A stretch of 63,817 bases of DNA, the filler included, from Octopus bimaculoides (lineage: Eukaryota), in NCBI RefSeq assembly GCF_001194135.2. It is 4 parts of 4 records of this genome, joined end to end, with 100 filler letters (N's around TTAATTAATTAA, not from the genome) between each part and the next. Parts side by side here need not be neighbours in the genome. Positions count along the whole stretch, not along the records: positions 20,000 to 50,334 come from NC_068986.1; positions 50,435 to 56,700 come from NC_068982.1; 2 more parts are not named here. One strand, 5' to 3'. The position numbers and the translations under genes were made by a program. Each line of letters opens with the position of its first letter. The stretch's first letter is position 1. The notes below the pieces were generated by a model. It ran no database searches. It saw only the letters and a program-made list of their open reading frames with translations, and had not been told where the DNA came from. Shown piece after piece: positions 38,091 through 52,039 of this stretch.

Positions 38091-39266
38091 ATAAAGTTTC
38101 CAGCTACTCTGTTTCCCGTATTGATTATTTAGAGTATATATATATATATATATATATATACGAAATCAACTGGAGCGTGGAAGGTGTTTATAAGCCATTT
38201 AAGAAACACAGAAAAGCCGTTAGATTCACTTCAACATTTAAATTTAATTTGTGTCAAATATATATATAGTAACAAATTTTATTTCACGTTGCTCCAGTTC
38301 ACTCAGCTGNNNNNNNNNNNNNNNNNNNNNNNNNNNNNNNNNNNNNNNNNNNNNNNNNNNNNNNNNNNNNNNNNNNNNNNNNNNNNNNNNNNNNNNNNNN
38401 NNNNNNNNNNNNNNNNNNNNNNNNNNNNNNNNNNNNNNNNNNNNNNNNNNNNNNNNNNNNNNNNNNNNNNNNNNNNNNNNNNNNNNNNNNNNNNNNNNNN
38501 NNNNNNNNNNNNNNNNNNNNNNNNNNNNNNNNNNNNNNNNNNNNNNNNNNNNNNNNNNNNNNNNNNNNNNNNNNNNNNNNNNNNNNNNNNNNNNNNNNNN
38601 NNNNNNNNNNNNNNNNNNNNNNNNNNNNNNNNNNNNNNNNNACAATCTTCAGTTCTATTACTTTTGTCAACTATTAATTGCTGTTTTTATGCCCATATTA
38701 CAAATTATTGTTGTTGTTTTCGAAACCAATAATTTAAAGAGTTTCTCGTATTTCCGTATAAAACTTTACTGTTTAGTTTGAAACAGTTGCGTTTTTCTGT
38801 ATGTAACTGTATAAATGTTTCAAAATCTCCGCAAGTCCATCGCCAGAATTTCGTCAACGCTGAGTTTTCAGAAATAATACAACAGCAAGTTTTAATAAAT
38901 TTCATGATCTACTTTAACTGCGCTGTGTCGGTGTATAGATCTTTTGTTTATATTTTGCTAACAGTAAAACATTCCATAATTATTTTCTTATTTTTTCTTT
39001 TGTACAATTCTGCATTCAATTATAATGTTGTCAACTCAGGTTTTCTTATCTAATTTTATTTCGTGTAGTGTCTTATAATGATTTACAATGGTTCTTTGCT
39101 ATAAATGCAGAGTGAAGAGAAAGTATCATAATTGCTTGGGTCATGAGTTTTGCAACTTTCATGTTTATACTGAAATTTGTAAAATATGAGATAAAAATAT
39201 TTCCATAATCCTGTGCGGCCGACAGCAAAACAACACTTAGGCATGCATGCATATCTATTTATTTAA

Positions 39267-39356
<90 letters not shown>

Positions 39357-40077
39357 GTATGTGACACGTCTGACAGATGTAGAAATCAATGATAGGTATA
39401 AACATCGGCAAAATACCGACCGACAGCGAATTTCGTACAAAAAGTAACCTTTGTATTTCTTGGAACTCGAATTAAACATATCTTCTCTTGCCACTCCCGC
39501 CGTCTGGAAATGTTGTGATTGGTTCATGGAATACCTATAGCCACGGCATAATTATGGAAACAATGTGATATGAAATAAAATAATTCTACAAGAGAAATAA
39601 GGGAAGAAGGAAAAAGTTATTGTTGTATATGATAGAAAGGAAGAGAACATATATAAAGAGAGGGAGAGAGAGAGAGAGAGAGGGGAGAGGGACAGCGGGT
39701 GAGAGAGAGAATGTGGAGAATGAGAATCAAAGAATAATACAAACAAGGCGAAAAAACAAGAAAGGGAAATGATGTATTGAAAATCCCAGTGATGGATAAA
39801 AGGGAAAGTAAGACAGAGAGAGGGAGGAAGAGAGAAAGTGACTGAGTGAAACTAGAGTCAGAGAAAAAGATTAAGAGATAGAAATAAAAACTGAACTTGA
39901 AGAAAGGGGGATGCAATAGAGAGTGTATATGAAAAGGTAGAGAGATTGCTGCAGAGGCATAGAAGATGGAGTTGGGACCAGAAAACAAATACAAAATGAA
40001 ATATTCAAATCAAATGTTGACAAACAGATAGGCAAATAACTGGTTATTTAGACAGACAGACAGATAGACAGATAAAG

Positions 40078-40113
<36 letters not shown>

Positions 40114-40114
40114 T

Positions 40115-40145
<31 letters not shown>

Positions 40146-40310
40146 TGATAGATAAACAGGCAGAAACAGTTGAATACGCTGCAAACAAAAGCATATTTCA
40201 CATGCGCACAAGCATTATGTAAATCCAAATGTATACTGAGTTATACATATCTATTAAATTGAACGTACGTAGGGATATATGCTTGTACCCATTCTCTGTT
40301 TGTCTGTCTA

Positions 40311-40343
<33 letters not shown>

Positions 40344-40740
40344 GTCTCTCTCTCTCTCTTTCTCTCTCTTTCTCTTTCTCTCCCTATATATATNNNNNNN
40401 NNNNNNNNNNNNNNNNNNNNNNNNNNNNNNNNNNNNNNNNNNNNNNNNNNNNNNNNNNNNNNNNNNNNNNNNNNNNNNNNNNNNNNNNNNNNNNNNNNNN
40501 NNNNNNNNNNNNNNNNNNNNNNNNNNNNNNNNNNNNNNNNNNNNNNNNNNNNNNNNNNNNNNNNNNNNNNNNNNNNNNNNNNNNNNNNNNNNNNNNNNNN
40601 NNNNNNNNNNNNNNNNNNNNNNNNNNNNNNNNNNNNNNNNNNNNNNNNNNNNNNNNNNNNNNNNNNNNNNNNNNNNNNNNNNNNNNNNNNNNNNNNNNNN
40701 NNNNNNNNNGTGTGTGTATACACACATATATGTATATATC

Positions 40741-40905
40741 GTTGGCGATTTTCTTTCTCCGTCTTCCCTTCTTTGGACGTTTTCTATATTTCTGATGAAG
40801 AGCTCCGCTCGAAACGTGAAAACGTCTTTCTTTTCTTTCCTTTCCTGGGCGTCCAATAACACTGTACTCATTCCGCGTCCTCCCGTTGTTGTTTTTTCTT
40901 GCTTG
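40741..40905 (+). mobile_element. Short PLE-type terminal repeat with minimal hammerhead core
   Basis: CTGATGA-A-GAGC-TCC-GCTC-GAAA-CGT-GAAA-ACGT-C at 40792-40826. Stem I does not pair. Confidence 0.6.
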
Positions 40906-40974
40906 ACTATATATATATATATATATATAGCCTTCTTCNNNNNNNNNNTTGCTTGACTATATATATATATATAT

Positions 40975-41310
40975 ATATAGCCTTCTTCTACTATAGCTTC
41001 GGGCCGACCGAAACGTTGTGAGTGGATTTGGTAGACGGAAACTGAAAGAATCCTGTTGTATACATACATGTTTATATGTGTGTGTGTGTGTGTGTGTGTG
41101 TATTTGTATGTGCGTGTGTGTGTGTGTCTGTGTTTGTCCCCACAACATCGCTTGACATCCGATGCTGGTGTGTTCACGCACCCATAACTTAGCGGTTCGG
41201 CATAAGTGACCGATAAAATAAGTACTAAGCTTACAAAGAATAAGTGCTGGAGTAGATTTACTCGAATTAAGGCGGTGCTCCAGCTTTGCCGCAGTCAAAT
41301 ATATGAAACA
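40975..41310 (+). mobile_element. SINE, dominant family (head missing)
   Basis: Consensus body and tail; CpGs retained. Confidence 0.8.
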
Positions 41311-42245
41311 AATAAAAGAAAATAAGAATATATATATATATAAAGATGCTTTAGCTCGCTCCTTCCCTCGCCTTTCGTCAGCTCATGAGATTAGTGCTTT
41401 GTGTTCGTCGTGGCTATTCGAGTTGTTTTTTACTCTAGCAATGCCGGTTCTATTTGTAACCTTGGGTGTTAATTTGCTTTTAGGTTTTAATTGCTAACGG
41501 CCATCTATATAATATATTTAATACATTGTAGTATTTTATTTCAGTTATAGATACATACACGCACACGCACACGCACACACATATACACACACATCAGAAA
41601 GACGGGGAGCGTGAGTAGGATAGTAAATTCTTTGGCAAATAAGAGTATTATTGTTAAGACTGTAATTATCGATGAATTATTAGGTGCTAGGTTGGACTAG
41701 TTATGTCTTGTAATGTATGTTCCGTTTACAAACACTCATGCACACACGCACACATACAGATACACATTCATATACATATATATATATAAATATANNNNNN
41801 NNNNNNNNNNNNNNNNNNNNNNNNNNNNNNNNNNNNNNNNNNNNNNNNNNNNNNNNNNNNNNNNNNNNNNNNNNNNNNNNNNNNNNNNNNNNNNNNNNNN
41901 NNNNNNNNNNNNNNNNNNNNNNNNNNNNNNNNATATATATATATATACATATATATATATGTATATATATATTTGTACATAGTTCTTTCTTAATATGTGT
42001 TGATATGTATGTTTGTTTGTGTTTGTGCATAAATACATACATACATATAGATAGATTATGCACATATCCTTCTATAAAATTAGCGATCTTCCTCAACTCC
42101 CCCATATTTAATATTATATATGTCAAATAACATATTCACATCTACACGCATATCGATGCACACACATACAAACACACACACACACACACACATATAAATA
42201 CATACACACGCACAGACACAGTCACAACACACACACACACACACT

Positions 42246-42282
<37 letters not shown>

Positions 42283-42324
42283 NNNNNNNNNNNNNNNNNN
42301 NNAGAGAGAGAGAGAGAGAGAAAG

Positions 42325-42372
<48 letters not shown>

Positions 42373-42569
42373 GCAGACAGAGATTAGATTGATAGATAGT
42401 TAAATAGATACCAGTGCAATTGTAAACGATCGAATACATACATATTTATGCAAACCTCTGTCTCTCTGTCTGTCTGTACATACACACATACATATATATA
42501 TACGTATACACACACACACTCACACACACACACACACACACACTCACACATATATATACATTCATGGTT

Positions 42570-43190
42570 GTTTTATGTTTAGTTATAATAAAAACAATTC
42601 TACATTAATCTGATGGATTAGTCTCTGCTTTTGTAGACCACAAAACTATAATTCTTAAACATGAATGTTTCTGTCAGTGACTTCGATGTTTGCGTCAGCT
42701 AAGCCATCTTCAGTCTGTGATGCATTAGAGTTAGTTTTTCTTTGTTAAAGTCTCTGTTGAGTTAATAACTTCCTTGAGTGTGTGTGGATTTGAATGGGAT
42801 GGTAATTAGGTTTTTACGGTTGGTTGTTATAGAGGGGTGTTTTACAGAAATTTTAATTGATTAAATTTTGGGTTATGTTATTATTTAGAATTCAGTCACG
42901 CAGGTAGACCTTTGTAAATACGCCAGTAGGTGTTTTTCTTTGTTAGGCAGGCCAAGGTGTTGAGTATTGTTGTTGCTTTTGGTACCTAACAAAAGAGAAA
43001 CACCTACAGGTTGTTTATAAAAGCCCTCTCCATACCAACCATAAAAACCTAATCACCATCCCACTCAAACTCACATACCCAAGGAAGTTTGTTAACTCAA
43101 CAGAGACTATACAAAGGAAATACTAAGTCTAATGCATCGCAGTCCGACGATGGCTTAACTGGTCAAAGCTTCGAAGATACAATCGACAAC
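42570..43190. mobile_element. Nested inverted-repeat element with degenerate hammerhead-like termini (PLE-type terminal repeat)
   Basis: About 42670-42860 is the reverse complement of about 43020-43185. Inner IR GTAGGTGTTTTTCTTTGTTAGG / CCTAACAAAAGAGAAACACCTAC. CTGAAGA-TGGC...TCGAAGTC-ACTG on the minus strand. Confidence 0.75.
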
Positions 43191-43193
43191 ATC

Positions 43194-44908
43194 ACACTGG
43201 TCTACAACGGTTTCGGTGTTTAGGAAATAGACATCATTCCTATACAAAATAGGTTTCCTGAATGCAAATATAACCTTCCTTTTGACCTATCAAATCTTGT
43301 TTTAAGGTATTCAACATCCCTATAGTCACTATGTATGCGTGTACGTCCAATACACAGTGTTCGTTACCTTTTCCTAATTCTAAGGTTTTTTTCTTTTTTC
43401 ATACATTTTAGATGTTGTGGTGAACTAAACAATAGAAAATGAGCAAGATGTCCTCTTCAAGAAAGTGTTGCGTTAATTCTCCGAATGTGTTTTGTTAGGT
43501 TTGTGGAGAATACACATTACCTGAAAACCGAAAAAACATCACTGATTTTGTTGAAAGAGCGTATATAGCATATTTTGGGGTCATGCGGGGAGACCAAGAT
43601 AAATACTGGGCACTGCATAGTGTCTGCAAACAATGTACAGAACATTTGCGACAATGGATTAAAGGGAAAAGGAAAAGTATGAGGTTTGCTATACCAATTG
43701 TATGGCGGGAGCCCTATAATCACGTGGACGACTGCTATTTTTGTAACCTAAATTTGAAGGGTATTAACCAGAAAAATCGGCAAACACTTGTCTATCCTAA
43801 TCTTGCATCTGCTATTTGACCAGCTCCATACAGAGAAGAGCTTCCTGTTCCTGTCTTCAATGTCTTGCTTCAACCAAAGAAGATTCATCACCTGAAGATG
43901 ACACTAGAGATTAAGACTTTTCAGTTGAGACTTTACCTCAGCTATTCCCCCAGGTAGAGCTGAACGATCTAGTTCATGACTTGAACGTCCCAAAATATTC
44001 TGCAAAACTGTTGGCTTTCCGACTGGAAGAGAAGAAATGTGGCTCCATGTAGAGCTACCATTATTGGAAGAACCTTTAGTTGAGCGAGATAAGATAATTT
44101 TCCTCTCTTTGCACATCAAACTCGGATTGATCAAGCAATTCATCAAAGCTCTTGACAAAAATGGGTGTGCTTCAAGTATATCTGAAATGTATTTCAAGAC
44201 TTGACGATTGAAAAACTTAAAGCAGGGATTCTTGATGGACCACAGATCCACAAGCTCTTAAAGGACACAAAATTTGTGAAAACGATGAGCGAAAATGAAG
44301 TATTAGCGTCGCAGAAGTAGTGCAAAATTTCCTTGGGAAATACAAAAGTGAAAACTATAAAGACTGTGTTACCAATTTGATATCAACCTTTAGTGATATT
44401 GGTGCAAACATGAGCATCAAAATGCATTATCTTTTTAGCCATCTTGATCGTTTTCCTGAAAATCTCGGATATGTTAGCGATGAACAAGGCGAACAATTCC
44501 ATTAGGACATCAAGGAGATGGAAACTCGGTACCAAAGACGTTGGAACGCTGTGATGATAACAAACTATTCCTGGTATTTTAAACGAGATAATCCCGTTGC
44601 TCAATATTCATCGTGCACAAGTAAACGTAAATTTATTCCTTGAATTTTCTACCAAAAATCTTTGCCGATGTGCATTTTTAATTTTTCAATTTTAATTGTA
44701 CTTTGTTTTGTTTTGTGTTATGATCTCTTTATTGATTCATATTATATGCCTCTTGTATTAATAAAATACTTATTCTATCAGTTCTAGTCAGAAAACTAAG
44801 ACATGATAGAGAAATACTGAAGTTACTTTTTGAATTTAGCAGGCAAAATCGCTTAAGAATTCATTGAAATATTCCAGGCACCAGACAAAATTTTTCTGTT
44901 GCCCAGTT
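43194..44908 (+). mobile_element. Chapaev3-type (CMC superfamily) DNA transposon, internally deleted and frameshifted
   Basis: From ATG 43448: CVNSPNVFC*VCGEY...YFG..GDQDKYWA.H..C..C...W.KGKRKSMRFAIPIVWREP.NH..DCYFC, and later LHIKLGLIKQFIKALD, GILDGPQI, MSIKMHYLFSHLDRFPENLGYVSDEQGEQFH. The 3' end ...TTGCCCAGT is clear; the 5' end (CACTGG at 43194) is tentative. Confidence 0.85.
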
Positions 44909-45573
44909 TAATCTATCTGTGTGCTTGTGTCTGTGTGCTTGTGTGTGTGTGTGTTGTGTATACATACATACATGCACAATTATATATATATTAGTACACA
45001 TGTACGAACACTCGAATGATATCGAAGATATAGTTAGATCGATTTTGAAGCTAAATGTTGCAAAGACTGTATAGGATACGCAGTGTAGGAAAAAATGCTA
45101 TGGAACAAAAAACGAAAATACTTCTCAAGTGTGGTATCTTCATACTCTTCGCCATAATTTATAATTTATATAATTGGGGCATTCCCATCAAACTTCTCAC
45201 TAAATGCAGACGAAACAGAACTGTTATATATCTGTAGGACAGAAAACAGAAACTGTGCACTATTTTGGAGCTCAGCTGTTCAAAGGATGTGAACATTTCT
45301 GTCAAAATTACAAAGATAAAGAACGTTTATTATAAGCTTCTTTGAAATTTGTAAATCTCTTCGCTGATTATAAATTTATAATTCTATCCATATTTATTGG
45401 TGCACTTGATTATGTTAGTGTTTAAAAACGTACTTTCAAAGAGGGAAAGGGAAAGAAAAGTTTCAGAACGCACAAATTTTCTCAGCTAGAGGAAAAGTGA
45501 AAATATGTAAGACTTTTCTAAAATTCAGCATATAATCTTTTATTGTCGTTCCAGTTAAGAAAACAATCCCTTC

Positions 45574-45673
<100 letters not shown>

Positions 45674-46789
45674 TGCAGTGAAATATAATAAATTGTATAC
45701 GTAGATCCATCTAGAGAAAGACTCAATTCACACACACATACACAGACATACGTACTACACACGTAGCAAAGGAAATAAAGATGGGTGTGGATTGGAATAA
45801 TCAAGAAAACATTGAAACTTTTATTAATTTCTCAGGTCAAATACAACTCAGGTTAACTCCACTTCTTTACTCTCTGATATCAATAAAATACTAGATAAAT
45901 TATTGGAATTGATCTACTCAATTAAATCTTTGCGGGAGGTGCCCCAGCATCATTTTGAACGAACAACTGAAAACAGCAGACCTTCGCATCTACGTGTTTC
46001 TGGCTACGTGCGATTCTTCGGGCGTGAATCTCTAAAGTTTTGTTAGTGAGGGTGTGAAACTTGAGAGCCTAGAACTAACAAAGAATTAGGCTTGTGGGGC
46101 CATCGACTTGATAAAGTGAAACGAGGTTACAAGAGTTCGTGGGCAAAGAAAACACTTCGTTACTGTAGAGTGCATTGAGAGGATGTCATTGGAATTAAGC
46201 GGAAGTGCAATATCACTATCACGTGTATCTCTGCAACAGTTTGTACAATCTCACTAAATTAAATCGAAGTTATCTAAGAATATCGTACAAACGGAAAACT
46301 TGATATTTAACGAATCTGTTAAGATTTCTAAATGTGTGAGGCAGATCGCCAATTGGCGAAAATGCTGGAAGTTAACAAGAAATTTACAAACAGCAGTGAA
46401 ATTAAGAACTCTTATTTAATCTGGTTTACCGGAAGATATATAACCCAGAGTAAGAATCAAACAAGAGCTGTTAACAGCAAAGCACATTGGAATATCACAA
46501 AACCTACTGTATAAATAAAAGAAATCAAAGAAGCTGCCAATAAAACAACCTTTAATATAAATAAATCTAGTATGGATATCATCAGCTTCATATCGATTTT
46601 GAAACTTCGAACGCAAATTGAATCGTGTATCACGAGGGCAGTGTAATATACTATATTACACATATGATATGGTCACAATTAAATGCAAATATATACATAA
46701 ATGCATAAATCCATGCACACACAAACACACGGACATGTATAGGAGGCGTATATATCAGCAAAGTAGAAAGGGAGCAAATGAGAAAAAGT

Positions 46790-46883
<94 letters not shown>

Positions 46884-48729
46884 AGAGATAAAAGAGAGAG
46901 TCCAACAGCCAAAGGAAGAACCGGAGCTCATATTTGTGTTATGTATTGTTATCTGTATGAGACGTTTTCATTGCCGTGTTGTTATTTTTTTTAAAAAGTC
47001 CTTTTTTTTAAAGAATCACAGTGGTGCTTCGCGAAGATATAGCCACTATTTCCAGTATGTGTACATACTTTGTAAATGTACATGCGATAGTAGACAACGA
47101 TTTCAGTAAGATATAGTTACCATTTGTAACAAGAAAGAGACCACATAGCAGCCAGGACCATACTATAAATATGTTACGGTGTGATCTGAGGGACGTAGAG
47201 CTGTTATTTCTCATAAGTTTATCTCTCACGTAGACATACATAAGATAGCTAGACTATAATGTGAGTGAGATTTCATTGTTATTTGTAGCAGATCAAACGC
47301 CAGAAATATTGATATGTGCGCATGTTGTAGTACGTATTGTTGCCCTCGTCGTTTAGCCCTAAGACAAACATAATTTAGCCGATTGTGATGCGAGTTGTGA
47401 ATATTTCGTGCTGGGAGCACAAATCCATATTTATAAGCATAAGTGATTCCAGCAATATATAGTTGTTATTTCAAACAGTTGTGCTTAACATTTAAGCATT
47501 AGTAAGATAAGTAAAATTTGATCGATTGTTTTGTAAGTTAAAAGCCAAAAATACTTAGAAAGCCAAAAATACTTTAAAAAAGATATTGAAATGGTCGCAG
47601 AAATATTTTCCTATCAAATAATGCACTCATTAATTTACTTTGGAATAGAACTCATGAGAAAAGATGGTCCAATCAGAATAAGAACAGTGTCACTCATAGT
47701 TTGAGGCTACAACACGAAATTCTCAGTGTCAGTGTATTTCAAGATCTAAGTAGCCACCCCAAGATTATATAATTACTATCAATGTAAGCTGTGATTGCTT
47801 TGTTATTTGATATTCATACCTTATTTCGGACGAACCACCAGTTGTCGTAGCTTAGCGCCAGGTTATCCCTTATCGAGAACTAAATCGTAAGTAACCTACC
47901 TTTGGCTCAAACACAGTGTTCTAGGGACCATATAATCCAGTTTGTTTTTCTTTCTTATGTGGAAGATTGTCGTTTGCAAAAGACGTGGTTGTAAGCTCTT
48001 GAAGATCTAACCATCACATAAATGGGGAGTTTACATGCATTAAACTGGTGCTGAAACCAGAATAACATTTAGCCTTCATCTAAATGAAATATTTAGTAAA
48101 AAAAGATAGAAGAGTATTTATTCCAGAGGAGAGGTTTGTAATAAAACATTCGGCTAAAGATACAGACCACGGATATAAACAAAACCGGATAGTACACAGA
48201 TGCAGGTATATTCGAAACATAGAAATCCTGATATATTTGAGCAGAGATTATTTGGTTGTACGTGCACCAACGAAGAATTCGTATTCGTGTCTTTCAAACT
48301 TATTGAAGAAGATAGCAGTTCGACTTTACGCACTAAAGAGCTACAACCTATTCACTGATACTCTATTATGCTATTTTCCCACTGAGATACTATACCTTTC
48401 AACCCAGAAGAAACTTATGATAGTAATAACCAATATACAAGTGTATGAAGCACAATAGTGCGTGTCGGTAATATTTAGCTAATACTTAGCAGACACACAC
48501 AAACACACACCCACTCTTTCTCTCTCTATCTCTCTCACACACACGCACATTGACACACACAATACACACACACACAATACACACACACAATACACACACA
48601 CACAATACACACACACACACGTATACTTGAATTATATATATAGCACGCACAAACGCACACACGCACGTAAATGTATATAAGTTATAATTAAAATTAAAGT
48701 TTAGATATGAAATTTTAAAATTTAGCTTC

Positions 48730-48795
48730 CAGTACAGAAGTATGTCGAAACGATCGTTGTGATAAATAAAGGTCCCAGTACACCCCGTCTTCCGT
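48730..48795 (+). mobile_element. Partial third copy of the same hammerhead-bearing repeat family as 37.7-38.1 kb
   Basis: CAGTACAGAAGTATGTC-GAAACGATCGTT-GTGATAAATAAAG matches the 3' half of the 38.05-38.10 kb sequence. Confidence 0.7.
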
Positions 48796-50128
48796 ATCNN
48801 NNNNNNNNNNNNNNNNNNNNNNNNNNNNNNNNNNNNNNNNNNNNNNNNNNNNNNNNNNNNNNNNNNNNNNNNNNNNNNNNNNNNNNNNNNNNNNNNNNNN
48901 NNNNNNNNNNNNNNNNNNNNNNNNNNNNNNNNNNNNNNNNNNNNNNNNNNNNNNNNNNNNNNNNNNNNNNNNNNNNNNNNNNNNNNNNNNNNNNNNNNNN
49001 NNNNNNNNNNNNNNNNNNNNNNNNNNNNNNNNNNNNNNNNNNNNNNNNNNNNNNNNNNNNNNNNNNNNNNNNNNNNNNNNNNNNNNNNNNNNNNNNNNNN
49101 NNNNNNNNNNNNNNNNNNNNNNNNNNNNNNNNNNNNNNNNNNNNNNNNNNNNNNNNNNNNNNNNNNNNNNNNNNNNNNNNNNNNNNNNNNNNNNNNNNNN
49201 NNNNNNNNNNNNNNNNNNNNNNNNNNNNNNNNNNNNNNNNNNNNNNNNNNNNNNNNNNNNNNNNNNNNNNNNNNNNNNNNNNNNNNNNNNNNNNNNNNNN
49301 NNNNNNNNNNNNNNNNNNNNNNNNNNNNNNNNNNNNNNNNNNNNNNNNNNNNNNNNNNNNNNNNNNNNNNNNNNNNNNNNNNNNNNNNNNNNNNNNNNNN
49401 NNNNNNNNNNNNNNNNNNNNNNNNNNNNNNNNNNNNNNNNNNNNNNNNNNNNNNNNNNNNNNNNNNNNNNNNNNNNNNNNNNNNNNNNNNNNNNNNNNNA
49501 TATATATATATATATATAATGCAAGTTTACACTTCTCAAAGCAACAAAACCCATGGTTCATTTACACAAGCGTACAAAGGCACACAAAAGACTTCACGTA
49601 CATAAGCAGACCTCGTAATGTATAAAGAGACAGTTAAGTGCACACACATACATACATACACTTGGCATTACGTTAAACACTTTCACCATTCAAAACAACA
49701 GAGATATATACTCACAAATCCCAGAGACCTAGAACGAGAAGTACGACACAGAAACGATGGGTATTACCTATGCTTACTTTATGCTTTTTATTTTCATTGA
49801 TAGGATGTCTAAGATAGGAAAATTCCTGAAAAATAAAGGAATCCAGCACGCAAGGATTTCAACAGTGATAAAAGGAGCAAGAAAATCATATACGTTCACT
49901 ACAGTTATATTAGTAGAAGAAGAGCATTAAAGATAATCACATGATTAGGAAATCGGATTTTTTTTTTATATATGCCGCAGTTCATTGAACGAATCATTGG
50001 AAAGAAAAGAATTTCAGAATGGTAGAAGATTCAGATTGAGGGAAATGTAGTCAAAATCAATGAACAAACATTACACACATAAATACATATATGTACACAT
50101 GCACACACATATACACATATTGTGTATA

Positions 50129-50159
<31 letters not shown>

Positions 50160-50271
50160 CTAGATTCATTACTTACATACGTAACATACGCACACAAACC
50201 TTTATATATTTGTGCATATATATGTGTGTGTGTATAAGTGTATAAAATGCAGGAACACAAAGTTATCTCGC

Positions 50272-50334
<63 letters not shown>

Positions 50335-50434
50335 NNNNNNNNNNNNNNNNNNNNNNNNNNNNNNNNNNNNNNNNNNNNTTAATTAATTAANNNNNNNNNN
50401 NNNNNNNNNNNNNNNNNNNNNNNNNNNNNNNNNN

Positions 50435-50469
<35 letters not shown>

Positions 50470-50806
50470 CATCTGCGTGTGTTTGTGTGTGTGTATGTGT
50501 GCGCTTCTATTCTATTTGTCAGTCAAAATGAGAAAAAAAAAGCGCCATGACACTTTCGTTGAGGTCTTTATTGTCATAGAAACTGATTGTCGTCAATTGC
50601 TTTTGTCATGATGATGATTGTGGTGACAGAGGTAATTTGAAGATGGCGGTCGAGGTTGTGGTGGTGGTGGTGGTGGTGGTGGTTATTGTGGTGGCTGTGG
50701 TAGTCATGATGGTGATGATGGCAGAAGGGTGGTGGCGGTAGTTGTGATGCTTATGGTGGTTGTGGTGGTGACTGTAGTAACAGCAGCAGCAGCAGTAGAA
50801 ACAACA

Positions 50807-50887
<81 letters not shown>

Positions 50888-51439
50888 TTGGTCATGAGGC
50901 TGGGTGTCCCGGCCGTTTCTCCCCACATCACATCTTTTGTGACATACAAAATTTCTCCGTCCAATCACAAATCGCCATTATTGCAGTTCTTTTTATTTTT
51001 GACCAGTCAGAATGATCACCTCACTCTGGCTGCGTCTGCACCTAGATCATGTTACCACGGTGGACCTAACCACCGGTAAGGGCATATTTAAAGTGAATCA
51101 TCGCGACGACCTTTGCAGGGCTACTCGATCTGCTAAATATCTTCACCACGTCTGCAAGACACAATATATCGGCCTCACATCTGGATAAATACGTATTTGA
51201 TCGACAGATGTTCATCAATACACACCGTTTCTATCAGTGAGTAACTCCTGTATTGAAGCTCTCCTGACCAGCGGAAATATTTACAACCTGTTTATTTATC
51301 TATTTATTTGTTTGTTTGTTTATTTACATACGATTCTGTGTTTTTTCTATCAAGCATTCCCTTTCACAGCGTCGATTTCCTGTTATACGCATCATTCTGT
51401 CTCTCTCTTCATATATATAGAAATAAATAAATATACATA

Positions 51440-51600
51440 GTGAGAATTTACAACAAAGCAAGACGAAGATGGGTGTATAAACAACAAACAGATGTATTAG
51501 TTTAACGCTCAGGAAGTGAGAAAGTCATTTACGTTTCGAGCCGACGCTCTTGAACAGAAAGAAACACAGAAATAAACAGGGAGAGAAAATAAAAAAGGTT
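51440..51600 (-). mobile_element. Short PLE-type terminal repeat, same family as 28.1 and 40.8 kb
   Basis: Minus strand: CTGTTCAAGAGCGTCGGCTCGAAACGTAAATGAC...CCTGAGCGTTAAACTAATACATC. Confidence 0.6.
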
Positions 51601-51649
51601 TCGTAGCTAGCCATCTATCATGTACATTCACACATACATACGTATATCT

Positions 51650-51960
51650 TAGAAAAACTTGTTCCAAGCTCTGGCATTGTCACTTACACAAACAGCAGGA
51701 CAGGGCCCTACTGCATGGTGCCAAGGGTCTGAACACTATCGTCAGGATACAGGACGAGATCCTGCAACAGCTTGTGCTTCAAAGGCCCACAGCTCTTCAA
51801 TATCCTCCCAGAAAGCTTGAGAGACCTGCATGGCGTGGATGTAGGTTTTTGTTCAAAACAAAACTAGATTTCCTTCGCTCAAAGCAAGAAACACAGATGA
51901 AACAGCAACGTCGAACTTCCTCATCCACCGAGCGTCACACATCGGACGAGGTTTAGTGGA
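51650..51960 (+). mobile_element. CR1/L2-group LINE 3' end fragment
   Basis: RTRSCNSLCFKGPQLFNILPESLRDLHGVDV matches the typical CR1-clade ORF2 C-terminus (NS..F.GP.LFN.LP..LR). Confidence 0.7.
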
Positions 51961-52039
51961 AGTGCAGTCAAGTAAATGGCGGTGCCCCAGCATGGTCTCA
52001 CTCCTTTGACTGAAACTTAGGGAGAAAAAAGATATATAC

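Larger units (their letters stand above)
37669..38138. repeat. Inverted repeat of PLE-type terminal repeats (arms ~170 bp, spacer ~125 bp)
   Basis: The reverse complement of 37669-37839 aligns by eye with 37966-38138. Confidence 0.85.

Noticed and set aside
40905-40990. Exact ~40-bp duplication around a short N gap
   Set aside because: Unmerged contig overlap.
48084-48458. 124-aa plus-strand ORF
   Set aside because: No recognisable motif or splice support; within chance expectation.
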